From the IMG/VR virus record IMGVR_UViG_3300046660_000219, positions 62,001 to 126,000 of that record: a DNA stretch of 64,000 nt; one strand, written 5' to 3'. Made by a program: the position numbers and the translations under genes. The first letter of the stretch is position 1, and the number at the start of each line of letters is the position of its first letter. This document shows positions 38,081-46,034 of this stretch, in pieces. A model generated the notes under the pieces. It was not told the origin of the DNA and searched no databases. It saw nothing but the letters and a program-made list of their open reading frames with translations.

Positions 38081-38227
38081 TTATGGGTGAGGATATTCTG
38101 TGCAGAGTGAATAGGTATGACCGCACTTGTCGCACATACGATGTTCCATGTAGTACGAGGGCCAGCTAATCACTCGGTGATACTTGCTGTGAAACAGGCG
38201 ACACCATATGCGCGCCCAGATATTCAT
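38081..38227 (-). CDS. Small Cys/His protein (48 aa) between spanin genes
   Basis: ATGA overlap; WCRLFH...MCDKCGH. Confidence 0.6.
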   Translation of the reverse strand: MNIWARIWCRLFHSKYHRVISWPSYYMEHRMCDKCGHTYSLCTEYPHP

Positions 38228-38655
38228 CGTGGTGCCACAGCGGGTTGCGGAATGGTAGGCGTAGCAGCGTTGGCGTCGTAGAACGACGTGTTGATAGAGT
38301 CGATCAACCAGTTGGCCGTCGTCAGATCGCGCTCACGCACTACCTTTTCAATGATCTTACCACGATCGATGTAGCGAATATCCGTCTTGCTGTCGGCCGA
38401 TGCTAGGTTAGCGTTTTGGTCCAAGAGAGACTTATTGGCCTTCTCTAGTGTTTTGGCTCCGGCCTCCGCGCCGTCTGCCCGCTTCTTCTCGTCGTTGGCG
38501 CGATGCTGCTCTTCGTCGCGCTGTTTCTTCAGGTTCGAAACCTCTTTGACGTGGTTGAGTTGCGTGATCGAGAAACCTGCCGCACCTAAGCTGCCGCCGA
38601 CCAGAAGTAGAGCCGACAAGCCGATGATGATGTATTCTTTGATACCTAATACCAT
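38224..38655 (-). CDS. i-spanin-like protein (Rz-like)
   Basis: N-terminal TM then coiled coil; upstream of lipoprotein gene. Confidence 0.7.
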   Translation of the reverse strand: MVLGIKEYIIIGLSALLLVGGSLGAAGFSITQLNHVKEVSNLKKQRDEEQHRANDEKKRADGAEAGAKTLEKANKSLLDQNANLASADSKTDIRYIDRGKIIEKVVRERDLTTANWLIDSINTSFYDANAATPTIPQPAVAPR

Positions 38656-38665
38656 TTCACTCTCC

Positions 38666-38893
38666 CTAGGCTTGGTGGTTGGCGCGCTGGAGGACCGTGC
38701 GGTGATCAGTGTTGACGCGAGCGTTCGAATCCGCGATCCGTTCCTCGCCACCGATTTCATTCAGAACAATGGTACCATCGGGTTCATACATGCGGAACAC
38801 GTCACCGGCTTCTATCTGCCCGAATTGAGCATCAACGAAGCTACCATTTTTATCTTTTATCTGCACTCGGCGCAGGTTTTCGGGAGTTACCAT
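38666..38893 (-). CDS. Hypothetical protein
   Basis: SD aagga before ATG 38893. Confidence 0.65.
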   Translation of the reverse strand: MVTPENLRRVQIKDKNGSFVDAQFGQIEAGDVFRMYEPDGTIVLNEIGGEERIADSNARVNTDHRTVLQRANHQA

Positions 38894-38942
38894 GGTGTCT
38901 AATCCTTGCATCTGAGACAACCTCGCGATTGTCAGGTTCAGA

Positions 38943-38982
38943 TACAAATTAAGGGCGTGGAACAATCAAGTTCCACGCCCTT
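38943..38982 (-). terminator. Terminator overlapping TAATTT motif
   Basis: 13-bp stem aagggcgtggaac/gttccacgccctt then ttaatttgta on minus strand. Confidence 0.75.
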
Positions 38983-39027
38983 CGTAGTACGGTCTCAGTA
39001 TAGGGCTGCCCCGGTACCCTGGTCATG

Positions 39028-39291
39028 TCATCCCCCAACCGCCCTAAGTAGTGGCCGGGTAACAACGATCCCCTCACGATAAAGGGTAAGGCCTAGAGCT
39101 AGTTTGGCCGCCTCATTACGTGAGGGTTGACCAATGCCCGTTACTAGGACGATGACCTTTGGATTGAGGGTCGTATAGACGTCCATGATCGTACCGGGCG
39201 GCACGACTTCGGCGAGTGTCCTTCGCCTTCGATCAATAAAGGTATCAACCTCCTGATCACCAATGTGATAAGCGGAGAACCGCATGTTCAC
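39028..39291 (-). CDS. Hypothetical protein
   Basis: Overlap with upstream stop; SD gaagga. Confidence 0.65.
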   Translation of the reverse strand: MNMRFSAYHIGDQEVDTFIDRRRRTLAEVVPPGTIMDVYTTLNPKVIVLVTGIGQPSRNEAAKLALGLTLYREGIVVTRPLLRAVGG

Positions 39292-39632
39292 TCCTTCCAG
39301 TTATCAGCTTGTTCGTTGACCCAGTACAAGCGCCTACGCGGGTTGTCGGGCGTTGGTTCTGGTGTCTCCCACTCGCTAATGACCTTTCCGTCTTTTTCCA
39401 GACGCATAAGGGTAGGGTAGAGAATACTTGCACCCATAGCGCAGCTCTGGGATAGCTCTGTGCCTGACTGCCTAGGGTTATCCATGAGCGATGCCAGCAC
39501 ACGGTCATCGTGCCGACTACGACGCTCCAGCAAAGTTGTGACCGCGTTTTTTGATCGCGTGTTCTTTAGTACCATTATAAGAATGGCCGCAAGTAACAAC
39601 AGACCAAGCCCATCCAGAATAAGTATTGTCAT
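39288..39632 (-). CDS. PadR-like winged HTH with N-terminal TM segment
   Basis: GASILYPTLMRLEKDGKVISEWE...PRRRLY; ILILDGLGLLLLAAILIMVL. Confidence 0.75.
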   Translation of the reverse strand: MTILILDGLGLLLLAAILIMVLKNTRSKNAVTTLLERRSRHDDRVLASLMDNPRQSGTELSQSCAMGASILYPTLMRLEKDGKVISEWETPEPTPDNPRRRLYWVNEQADNWKE

Positions 39633-40063
39633 TTTGCGCCCTCTGGTTCTTCCGTGTCACGTAGTTCTAGCATCGCTAGAATTGAATCCTCCCACCACAG
39701 GTCTTCAGAGAACAGACGATGCGGCAATCGCGTGCAGGAGATTTGCCCGCTTGCCAACGCGATAGTACGCCCCTCTTCTCTATCGACGAAGCGTCCGTGA
39801 CTGGTCACAAAACCTTGCTCGCCACCACCCGTTTCAACGTTACCCGTGATGCGGCCAGCAGCCGAGATGATGTTGCCATGACGGTTTGGTCTATCTACCA
39901 TTAATGTAACAGGTGCAAGACCTTCCCACAACGTGACTTGAATGGCCGCCGCAACAATGCACTCGACATGCTGTTCAATCACAGCCTTACACTTATAATG
40001 CTCTGCCGCCGAAAGAATGTGCGGATAGGGTGGCTGAGATGTCGTAACGTTCTGTGTAGTCAT
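39629..40063 (-). CDS. Hypothetical phage protein
   Basis: SD gaggaag before MTTQ; QGFVTSHGRFVDREEG...LFSEDLW. Confidence 0.7.
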   Translation of the reverse strand: MTTQNVTTSQPPYPHILSAAEHYKCKAVIEQHVECIVAAAIQVTLWEGLAPVTLMVDRPNRHGNIISAAGRITGNVETGGGEQGFVTSHGRFVDREEGRTIALASGQISCTRLPHRLFSEDLWWEDSILAMLELRDTEEPEGAK

Positions 40064-40262
40064 GGTCTTCCTCGTCCAGTGCGGCGTAGTAGCGCCGCAC
40101 GGTCTTGCTGATCTGCCGCTTGATCCACCGGCGCGCCTTATGGCCGCAATAGCCTTCGTAGGCATAGCCGTACGACGCCGCCTTGTGGATTGGGTAGACG
40201 TTCTGCGACCGGCCCTTAGACTGGTAGCGCCGGCCGTTGCGCTTGTAGTTGACTTCGGTCAT
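39993..40262 (-). CDS. Small basic hypothetical protein
   Basis: SD ggaga; GC3-rich codons. Confidence 0.55.
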   Translation of the reverse strand: MTEVNYKRNGRRYQSKGRSQNVYPIHKAASYGYAYEGYCGHKARRWIKRQISKTVRRYYAALDEEDHDYTERYDISATLSAHSFGGRAL

Positions 40263-40332
40263 GTGTGTCTCCACGGCTAGCGGAAATGCTAGCTGAGAGG
40301 CTGTGCATGACATGTTGCGGTTTGCGTACCAT

Positions 40333-41079
40333 TTATTCCATCCGTAACCACGACAGGAACGAGTCCCACGTCTTGTGCCAGAAGCCCTTGGGTTTAGGCT
40401 GCGCTGGCAGCGTCCATTCGACCGTCAACAATTGCGAAGGTAGCGCAGCAGCCCCGTTGTAGGTGACGTACGCACGTGTGCCGAATAGATCCACAGTGTT
40501 TACTATATCCGATCGACGGGCTGCCATACTGGCTAGCGACGTGACGTGCATCGCATGTGGTATCCACAACGTGATTGGCTCATCAGGCTTGTCAACGTCA
40601 ACAACGAATAACCGCAATGGGAATTGCTCGCTACCGTTTTCATTGTCTTCCGCGCGCACTACTTCAAGCACGCAATTATCTCGTGCGCTATCTCGAATAT
40701 GTTTTATCAACAAAAGCGGACGTTCGCCTTCTTTGTAACCTAGATCGCGATGATACTGTTGCATCACAGCCATCGAGTCTTGCCTGACACGACTGTAGCG
40801 ACTGATCTGTACAAGCAACTTGTCACGTCCGCCACGTTCAGGACCACCCGGCACTGTGCGCAGTTGTATTCTACCTTTTTGTGATAAACGCTGTACCGCG
40901 ATGTGCAGCAAGCCGACACTAGGTTCTTTACCGTCCTTCGCGGCTAACGCATGGCGCAAATCGGTAGTGGCGATCCATATGCCCGGCGTGCGTAGCAGAA
41001 CTGACATTAGCCGCTCATCGAAGGTCTGTTTCGCTACCGGAGATTTCACCGGAATGTCAAAGGCGTCGCTTTCGTGCAT
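40333..41079 (-). CDS. Hypothetical protein with N-terminal wHTH-like region
   Basis: ATTDLRHAL...VQRLSQKGRI. Confidence 0.65.
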   Translation of the reverse strand: MHESDAFDIPVKSPVAKQTFDERLMSVLLRTPGIWIATTDLRHALAAKDGKEPSVGLLHIAVQRLSQKGRIQLRTVPGGPERGGRDKLLVQISRYSRVRQDSMAVMQQYHRDLGYKEGERPLLLIKHIRDSARDNCVLEVVRAEDNENGSEQFPLRLFVVDVDKPDEPITLWIPHAMHVTSLASMAARRSDIVNTVDLFGTRAYVTYNGAAALPSQLLTVEWTLPAQPKPKGFWHKTWDSFLSWLRME

Positions 41080-41164
41080 ACTATTTTCCTCTCAGCACTG
41101 TCCGTAGATGCATCGTTCAGTCAACAGTGTACCACAAACGGCAATAGCCGCCAAATGGCGGCCA

Positions 41165-41596
41165 CTACACGTCGTTTTCCGGTGCTTTAGCGGCCTTGTG
41201 TAGGCTCCAATCCTTGCGGATACGTAAGGAACCTTCACGGGCCTTCCACATCTGTTTTTGCATACGGTCAATCTTATTGCGCGCCAGCGCGATCTGACGC
41301 TCGTAGTCACGCGCCTGCGCCTGCATGGCTCTAGAAATAGTAGCGTGCCATGGCTGACGGGTTTTGCCGTACGTAGAGAACTCCACGCGCTCCCCGAAGA
41401 ACTCTGCGACGTATACGCTGTGGCCAGTTAACCGGCTGCGCCCATCATCGTAGTATTTCGGTACCGGAGTGCTCTCATTTTTCAGATAGCGTACTGTGCC
41501 TTGGGCGTCCAAGTACACACGCTTGGCCATGACCACGCGACCCTCTTGTATGAAGTTCTCGTGGTAGCGGTAGACCAGTTGTCCTACATGGAACAT
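41165..41596 (-). CDS. Hypothetical protein
   Basis: Likely start MFHVGQ. Confidence 0.6.
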   Translation of the reverse strand: MFHVGQLVYRYHENFIQEGRVVMAKRVYLDAQGTVRYLKNESTPVPKYYDDGRSRLTGHSVYVAEFFGERVEFSTYGKTRQPWHATISRAMQAQARDYERQIALARNKIDRMQKQMWKAREGSLRIRKDWSLHKAAKAPENDV

Positions 41597-41658
41597 CGAC
41601 GTTGTACGTGGTTGAGTAGGTATAGGCAAACCGTACCTCACAAACAGGTAGCGTACCT

Positions 41659-42000
41659 TTATATCACTAGCACATGCTGTTGCAGTTGCATGCGCGATAG
41701 GTCCAACATGGATCGTATCCACATACGGCGATCTAATGCGCGTCTGCGCATTTCCGCGCGCCGCAACATTGGATTGGTAGGCAGTGCTGGCTTGTACGTA
41801 AAAGTCACCGTCAAGATATCGCCTTTATTCAGTGGCGGATCTACTATTACAGAACCTGTGCTGCCGTACAATACCTTAAATGGTGTAGTACCATTCCATT
41901 TTTCATTACGAACAACCCCAGGATGGTACAAACGCTCGGCGTAACGCTCAGCATGCGCACGCTCGTAAATGGAACGCACTACGTCGCTAATTCGGCGCAT
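41659..42000 (-). CDS. Hypothetical protein
   Basis: SD aaaggta before ATG 42000. Confidence 0.55.
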   Translation of the reverse strand: MRRISDVVRSIYERAHAERYAERLYHPGVVRNEKWNGTTPFKVLYGSTGSVIVDPPLNKGDILTVTFTYKPALPTNPMLRRAEMRRRALDRRMWIRSMLDLSRMQLQQHVLVI

Positions 42001-42232
42001 CTGTGATACCTTTTTCGTCAACCATCGGCGGAATCATGGGGCCGATAACATAATCAGCCGCGTCCTCGTACGTACTAAGGTCGCTCTCCACGACAGGTAC
42101 GTCGAAACCGACGAAGTACCACACCGGCTCCGCGTGCGTGTGACCGTTCATTTCCACGCCGTAGTACGCCACGAACCATTCCGGTCTTTGCCAAGCCGGT
42201 ACCTTTATCCAATAGTAACCATACGGTCTCAT
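41987..42232 (-). CDS. Hypothetical protein
   Basis: GYYWIK...WFVAYY pattern; overlap with neighbours. Confidence 0.65.
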   Translation of the reverse strand: MRPYGYYWIKVPAWQRPEWFVAYYGVEMNGHTHAEPVWYFVGFDVPVVESDLSTYEDAADYVIGPMIPPMVDEKGITDAPN

Positions 42233-42465
42233 TTTGCTATACCCAACGCTGTTTGAATGATCAGTTGTTGCTCACGACGTCCGCGCTCGTAAGCTTCTTG
42301 CATTAATTGCGCGATGCGCTCTGCGGAGAGCGGCACGTTCGGGTGCATTGACTGCTGTTGATCGACTGGATTAACCCAGCCCTGATCATTATGCAGGCGG
42401 CGGTATAGGACACCGTCCTTTTCGTAGTATTTCGTGTGACCTGGGCCGCGTGGTACGTCAGACAT
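42229..42465 (-). CDS. Hypothetical protein
   Basis: Tiled in operon. Confidence 0.65.
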   Translation of the reverse strand: MSDVPRGPGHTKYYEKDGVLYRRLHNDQGWVNPVDQQQSMHPNVPLSAERIAQLMQEAYERGRREQQLIIQTALGIAK

Positions 42466-42904
42466 TGGTAAGCGTGCTCCTCTTTTTGGTCCTCACTGTT
42501 ACCGCACAATAAATCGATGCGATGACGATCGTCAGGCATTCCAACGTGTAATTCACGTCAACGATCACAAAATACAGCAAGTGTGAAAACAGCTCTAGGG
42601 CTCGTGCCAAACTCACCAGCATTTCTAACAAAAACAAATAGTACAGTACGCTGAGCCACATCGCGCGATGGTCGATGTTCAGCAGATACACCGCCACGTA
42701 GCAGATACCCGGCACCATAAGGTACTGTTCTAAATCATTCAGCTCATGGTAATTGGCTATGATCACGTTGGACACTAGACAGTTAGTAAGCATAAGTACA
42801 CCAGCTAACTGTAATCGCTTGTCTTTGGTGAGCAGGTAAGCACTGGCGATGGCAAACAGAGCCATCGCCAGGAAGCCCGCTATTATGAGGACTTCGCTAG
42901 TCAC
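42458..42904 (-). CDS. Multi-pass membrane protein
   Basis: About five hydrophobic helices in 148 aa. Confidence 0.75.
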   Translation of the reverse strand: MTSEVLIIAGFLAMALFAIASAYLLTKDKRLQLAGVLMLTNCLVSNVIIANYHELNDLEQYLMVPGICYVAVYLLNIDHRAMWLSVLYYLFLLEMLVSLARALELFSHLLYFVIVDVNYTLECLTIVIASIYCAVTVRTKKRSTLTNV

Positions 42905-42907
42905 CGA

Positions 42908-43147
42908 CTAGCCTTTCGTGTCGCCGTCGTCTGGCGTAGGAGTGCCGCCAAACGTAGTCACGTCACCCGACTGACCAGCTTCGGTCGCCAGATGGTGCTT
43001 AAGGGTACGCGCCGAGGCGTGCGTACGCCTGTAGAGTGACAGACCTTCCTGATCACCCGTAGCGATCAAGTGCGCCTTTAACAAAGCGGCGTCAGCGCTG
43101 ACGCGACCAACTAGTGCGCGTTGTTCGTCAACCGTTAGAATAGTCAT
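42908..43147 (-). CDS. Small protein with flexible GG-containing C-terminus
   Basis: SD gggac; ends DVTTFGGTPTPDDGDTKG. Confidence 0.7.
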   Translation of the reverse strand: MTILTVDEQRALVGRVSADAALLKAHLIATGDQEGLSLYRRTHASARTLKHHLATEAGQSGDVTTFGGTPTPDDGDTKG

Positions 43148-43251
43148 TATAGGTAGTCCCTCTTAAACGTGCCACAGAGTGGAGCACTGCACTCCGAAAG
43201 ACCCACGCCGTAGCATGGGCTAGTCGTAAAGCAGTACGTACCTTTATTATG

Positions 43252-43590
43252 TTATAGCAGATTGGCCTTTACTAGATCAGCCATACTTAGAAGGCGGTTG
43301 CGTAGGTGTTCAGGTGGTACGTGCTCCGGCGGAATCTCCACACCGTTTACCTCACCGCCAGGATTAATCCCCCGCTGATTACAGTCGCTTAGTGCGCCGA
43401 GAAATGATCCGGCTTGAACGATCGCAACGCCCAAGAACTGCGTACCTTTTGGAAGGTCTGGATCGGCAAACGACAGCCAATGCCATGGGCTGTCCTGTCC
43501 CGAGGGTCGCATAGCCATCATATCTTCGAGCGAGTCGAATTTAATTGTATCGCCGTCAATGACGGTAGTCGAAGGTTTATTATCGGCCAT
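43252..43590 (-). CDS. Hypothetical protein
   Basis: SD aaaggta; WHWLSFAD...FLGVAIV...GINPGGEV. Confidence 0.7.
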   Translation of the reverse strand: MADNKPSTTVIDGDTIKFDSLEDMMAMRPSGQDSPWHWLSFADPDLPKGTQFLGVAIVQAGSFLGALSDCNQRGINPGGEVNGVEIPPEHVPPEHLRNRLLSMADLVKANLL

Positions 43591-43600
43591 GCTATTACCT

Positions 43601-44020
43601 TTACGGCAAATACGGGTTGCGAATACCCCGAATGTTGTGATCGAACCAGTGACGCGCACGTGTCCCCACGCGCACAAAAGCGTAGCCGATAGTCGGTAGG
43701 ATTTGCTTCCATTTGATACGGAGCTTACGGCGCATCGTAGTGACATCCGTAACCATGCGCACTGGCCCGCCGTCGATCGACGCGGCGGTGACTGGGTAGG
43801 CGTAGTGGTTAGCAGACCACATGAACGCTAGAAACGCCTTGGCGCGCTCATCCGGCGAAAGGGTAGAGGCTTTATCACCCCACGTTCCGCCCGACATGTT
43901 GACCATGCCTTGTTCGATCCGCGTGCGTATCCAAACACGAAGCTCTTCGACATGCGGTCCTTCTGAGTCTACGGGAACGCCAAGACGCTCCATGTACGTG
44001 TTGACACGTTGTTCGGTCAT
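43601..44020 (-). CDS. Hypothetical protein
   Basis: SD aaaggta. Confidence 0.65.
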   Translation of the reverse strand: MTEQRVNTYMERLGVPVDSEGPHVEELRVWIRTRIEQGMVNMSGGTWGDKASTLSPDERAKAFLAFMWSANHYAYPVTAASIDGGPVRMVTDVTTMRRKLRIKWKQILPTIGYAFVRVGTRARHWFDHNIRGIRNPYLP

Positions 44021-44025
44021 TGTCG

Positions 44026-44484
44026 TTACCTTTGCTTAGCAGCTCTCTTGATGTGGTAAAGACCGCGCAGCTCCATCAAGAGCAAGCCTAGCACGTTATG
44101 ACCTTCACCAACAGGACATTGCCCCCAGAACTTGTCGCCCCAAGAATTGCCTTCGACGAGATAGGCGTCACCGGTCGCCATTAACTGTACATATAGCTTC
44201 GGGTGCGTGTCGAATTTACGACGCAGGATGCGCCGCATCATCTCTACCTTTACGTCCTCCCAATCTTCGCGTAACGTGACACGACGCCCCATGTGCTTAG
44301 CCGCACTGGGCGTATTAGCGTTCGCGATGGCTTCCCGTTCTTTCTGGCTACGCGTCTTCATCGCCTGAAAACTGTGTTCGGTAGTCGGGTACTCGATACC
44401 CGCGAACATATGTGGCGCGTCGTAGAAGTTACTTAGGAAATAGTAGTTTCCTTCGAAGAACTCGATGCGGGTAGGTGTTGGCAT
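44026..44484 (-). CDS. NADAR (YbiA-like) family protein
   Basis: FLSNFY, TEHSFQAMK, RRKF, LVEGNSWGDKFWG, GHNVLGLLLMELR. Confidence 0.92.
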   Translation of the reverse strand: MPTPTRIEFFEGNYYFLSNFYDAPHMFAGIEYPTTEHSFQAMKTRSQKEREAIANANTPSAAKHMGRRVTLREDWEDVKVEMMRRILRRKFDTHPKLYVQLMATGDAYLVEGNSWGDKFWGQCPVGEGHNVLGLLLMELRGLYHIKRAAKQR

Positions 44485-44511
44485 TGTTTAAGACTTTCTG
44501 AAGGGATCGGC

Positions 44512-44554
44512 TTCTACGAAGCCCGTACATTTTACATACGGGCTTGCTAGAAAA
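44512..44554. terminator. Probable terminator hairpin
   Basis: aagcccgta/tacgggctt stem with flanking extension. Confidence 0.6.
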
Positions 44555-44559
44555 CGATA

Positions 44560-44838
44560 TTAGCTAGGCTTAATTGGGTGCGTATCTCGCAAACCCTGCC
44601 AGTATTCTCGGACTTGCTTCTTGTACTCTTTAATAGTGTTGCTCTTCGCCTCATTAGTTTTTGCCTCGTTCAGTTTGCGTTTTCGTTCTTCTTCGCGATC
44701 TTGCCAAGCATAAGTATGACATCGCCCCTTATGTTTGGCCGTCTTACGCAGAAATGATTGTTTAGCCAGACGTTCACGACCATCTGTATCACGATGTCGG
44801 CGTAAGGGTAGTGGTTGTAATGATTTCCAATCGATCAT
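44560..44838 (-). CDS. Small basic hypothetical protein
   Basis: TAATG overlap. Confidence 0.6.
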   Translation of the reverse strand: MIDWKSLQPLPLRRHRDTDGRERLAKQSFLRKTAKHKGRCHTYAWQDREEERKRKLNEAKTNEAKSNTIKEYKKQVREYWQGLRDTHPIKPS

Positions 44839-45047
44839 TATTTACCTTTCTTATGACGATTACGGAACGCCACGCGGAAAGCCTTCCGCAGATAGGCAGC
44901 CTCACCCTCCCAGTCTACGCCGTCTTTGCGCAGACGTTTTACAGCACGATGCACGCGCTCGGTGGGTAAGTCGAAATGCACAGCAACCGCACTGATCAGG
45001 CGGCGGGGTTCTGCGATCCTGTGCGGTAGCAGTTGATAGGTGATCAT
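44838..45047 (-). CDS. Small basic protein, HTH-like
   Basis: Start MITYQ (ORF-track start 45188 runs through tRNA-Leu). Confidence 0.5.
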   Translation of the reverse strand: MITYQLLPHRIAEPRRLISAVAVHFDLPTERVHRAVKRLRKDGVDWEGEAAYLRKAFRVAFRNRHKKGK

Positions 45048-45081
45048 ACCTTTATCCCAATTTGGTGTGTGCTTAACGCAC

Positions 45082-45113
45082 GAGAGCCGAAGATCGTGGG
45101 ATCTTCGGCTCTC
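45082..45113. other. Perfect 14-bp hairpin just 3' of tRNA-Leu(TAG)
   Basis: gagagccgaagatc-gtgg-gatcttcggctctc; no U-tract. Confidence 0.7.
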
Positions 45114-45118
45114 TAGTG

Positions 45119-45202
45119 TGGTGCGGATGAGAGGACTCGAACCTCCACGTCTCTCAACATTGGTACCTAAAACCAACGCGTCTACCATTTCGCCACATCC
45201 GC
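45119..45202 (-). tRNA. trnL: tRNA-Leu(TAG)
   Basis: Cloverleaf gcggatg...catccgc-a-cca, anticodon arm ttggt-tttaggt-accaa, long variable arm. Confidence 0.92.
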
Positions 45203-45205
45203 TAG

Positions 45206-45274
45206 GATAGATACAGCCGGAAACTGAATAGCCCCACTCACCAGACGCTAGGCGACTAGCTAGCTGTACCTATC
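45206..45274 (-). ncRNA. Candidate small structured RNA between tRNAs
   Basis: 12-bp closing stem gataggtacagc/gctgtatctatc; internal gctag-tcgc-ctagc hairpin. Confidence 0.45.
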
Positions 45275-45282
45275 TTAGAGGA

Positions 45283-45315
45283 TGGTAGACCCTACTGGAC
45301 TCGAACCAGTAACCG
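45283..45315 (-). pseudogene. 3' fragment of disrupted tRNA(CAT)
   Basis: cggtt-actgg-ttcgagt-ccagt-agggtct-a-cca: variable region, T arm, acceptor 3' strand and CCA only. Confidence 0.85.
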
Positions 45316-45330
45316 GTGCAAGTCCCTCTC

Positions 45331-45894
45331 TCATCGTAATGCTTTTGGATCGAGACCATAATTACGTGCCCATTTGCGAACAGCGTTGTCACTAACTTTG
45401 TATTTACGTCCCAGTGCTGACCACGACGTAGTTCGTAGCAATCTAACCAATTCGCGCTTACTAGGACGACTAGCGCGGCGGGTGGCAAACTTGCAGCAAG
45501 CAGTAGAACAATAGTAGTCTTGCGTGATAAACAACGGGAAGTCACAGATCGCGCAGCGACGAATAGTAATCAACTTGGTTGATGAACGCTGATTACATTC
45601 AGAATTTATCAGCCGCTTGCCGCGCAAAGGTGCACCGCGATCCAACCACGCATGAATTTGCTTATGTGTAGATACACTGCACACCAGTAGGTTTTCAGGT
45701 GCGTTGTTAGCGCGTCTAAGGTCCAAATGATGCACTTCTTCTGAACGTCGCAGAGGACGTTCAATTTTACGTTCAGCTACTAACAAGTGCTCATAGACCC
45801 AACCTTTATAACCACCTTGTAGCGCGCGTGGATGGTCAGGCATAAAAACAAGTATGTAGCCCAGTTCTATTTGCTTGCGCTTAAGTTTCTTCAT
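45331..45894 (-). CDS. HNH homing endonuclease with Zn-finger and C-terminal HTH
   Basis: YEHLLVAE...EVHHLD...NNAPENL...H; CAIC...CSTAC; LGRKYKVSDNAVRKW. Confidence 0.92.
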   Translation of the reverse strand: MKKLKRKQIELGYILVFMPDHPRALQGGYKGWVYEHLLVAERKIERPLRRSEEVHHLDLRRANNAPENLLVCSVSTHKQIHAWLDRGAPLRGKRLINSECNQRSSTKLITIRRCAICDFPLFITQDYYCSTACCKFATRRASRPSKRELVRLLRTTSWSALGRKYKVSDNAVRKWARNYGLDPKALR

Positions 45895-45936
45895 AACTCG
45901 AACCTCCGTTGCTAAATAAATTAGCAGGTTCGAGTT
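45895..45936 (-). promoter_or_regulatory. RBS-sequestering hairpin containing CTAATTTAT
   Basis: aactcgaacct / aggttcgagtt stem ends at ATG and covers SD ggaggt; motif lies within the loop. Confidence 0.8.
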
Positions 45937-45939
45937 TGC

Positions 45940-46018
45940 TGGTACACCGGGTGGGATTCGAACCCACGAAATAAGTCCGTTATGAGCGGACGGCCTTAAA
46001 CCACTTGGCGACCGGTGC
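45940..46018 (-). tRNA. tRNA with CAT anticodon (probably Ile2; Met not excluded)
   Basis: gcaccgg/ccggtgt-a-cca; gtccg-ctcataa-cggac; gtggg-ttcgaat-cccac. Confidence 0.9.
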
Positions 46019-46034
46019 CTTTAGCAAGAGCTTA

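Larger units (their letters stand above)
45316..46034 (-). mobile_element. HNH endonuclease plus replacement tRNA cassette inserted in a tRNA gene
   Basis: Bounded by complementary halves of one tRNA; contains HNH ORF and intact tRNA(CAT). Confidence 0.75.

Noticed and set aside
45283-45330. tmRNA 3' end
   Set aside because: The matching 5' strand gives A3:U70, not the Ala G3:U70 identity, and it carries a full D arm and anticodon stem
45048-45545. ORF-track calls 44838-45188 (long form) and 45270-45545
   Set aside because: They run through tRNA-Leu, the tRNA fragment and the HNH gene in another frame; treated as spurious
45316-46034. Group I intron in tRNA anticodon (5' exon could be read as ending ctcct, Arg-CCU-like)
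   Set aside because: Only ~16 nt precede the nested tRNA and ~15 nt follow the HNH stop, leaving no room for P3-P9; the 3' fragment lacks the anticodon-stem strand needed to rebuild a tRNA
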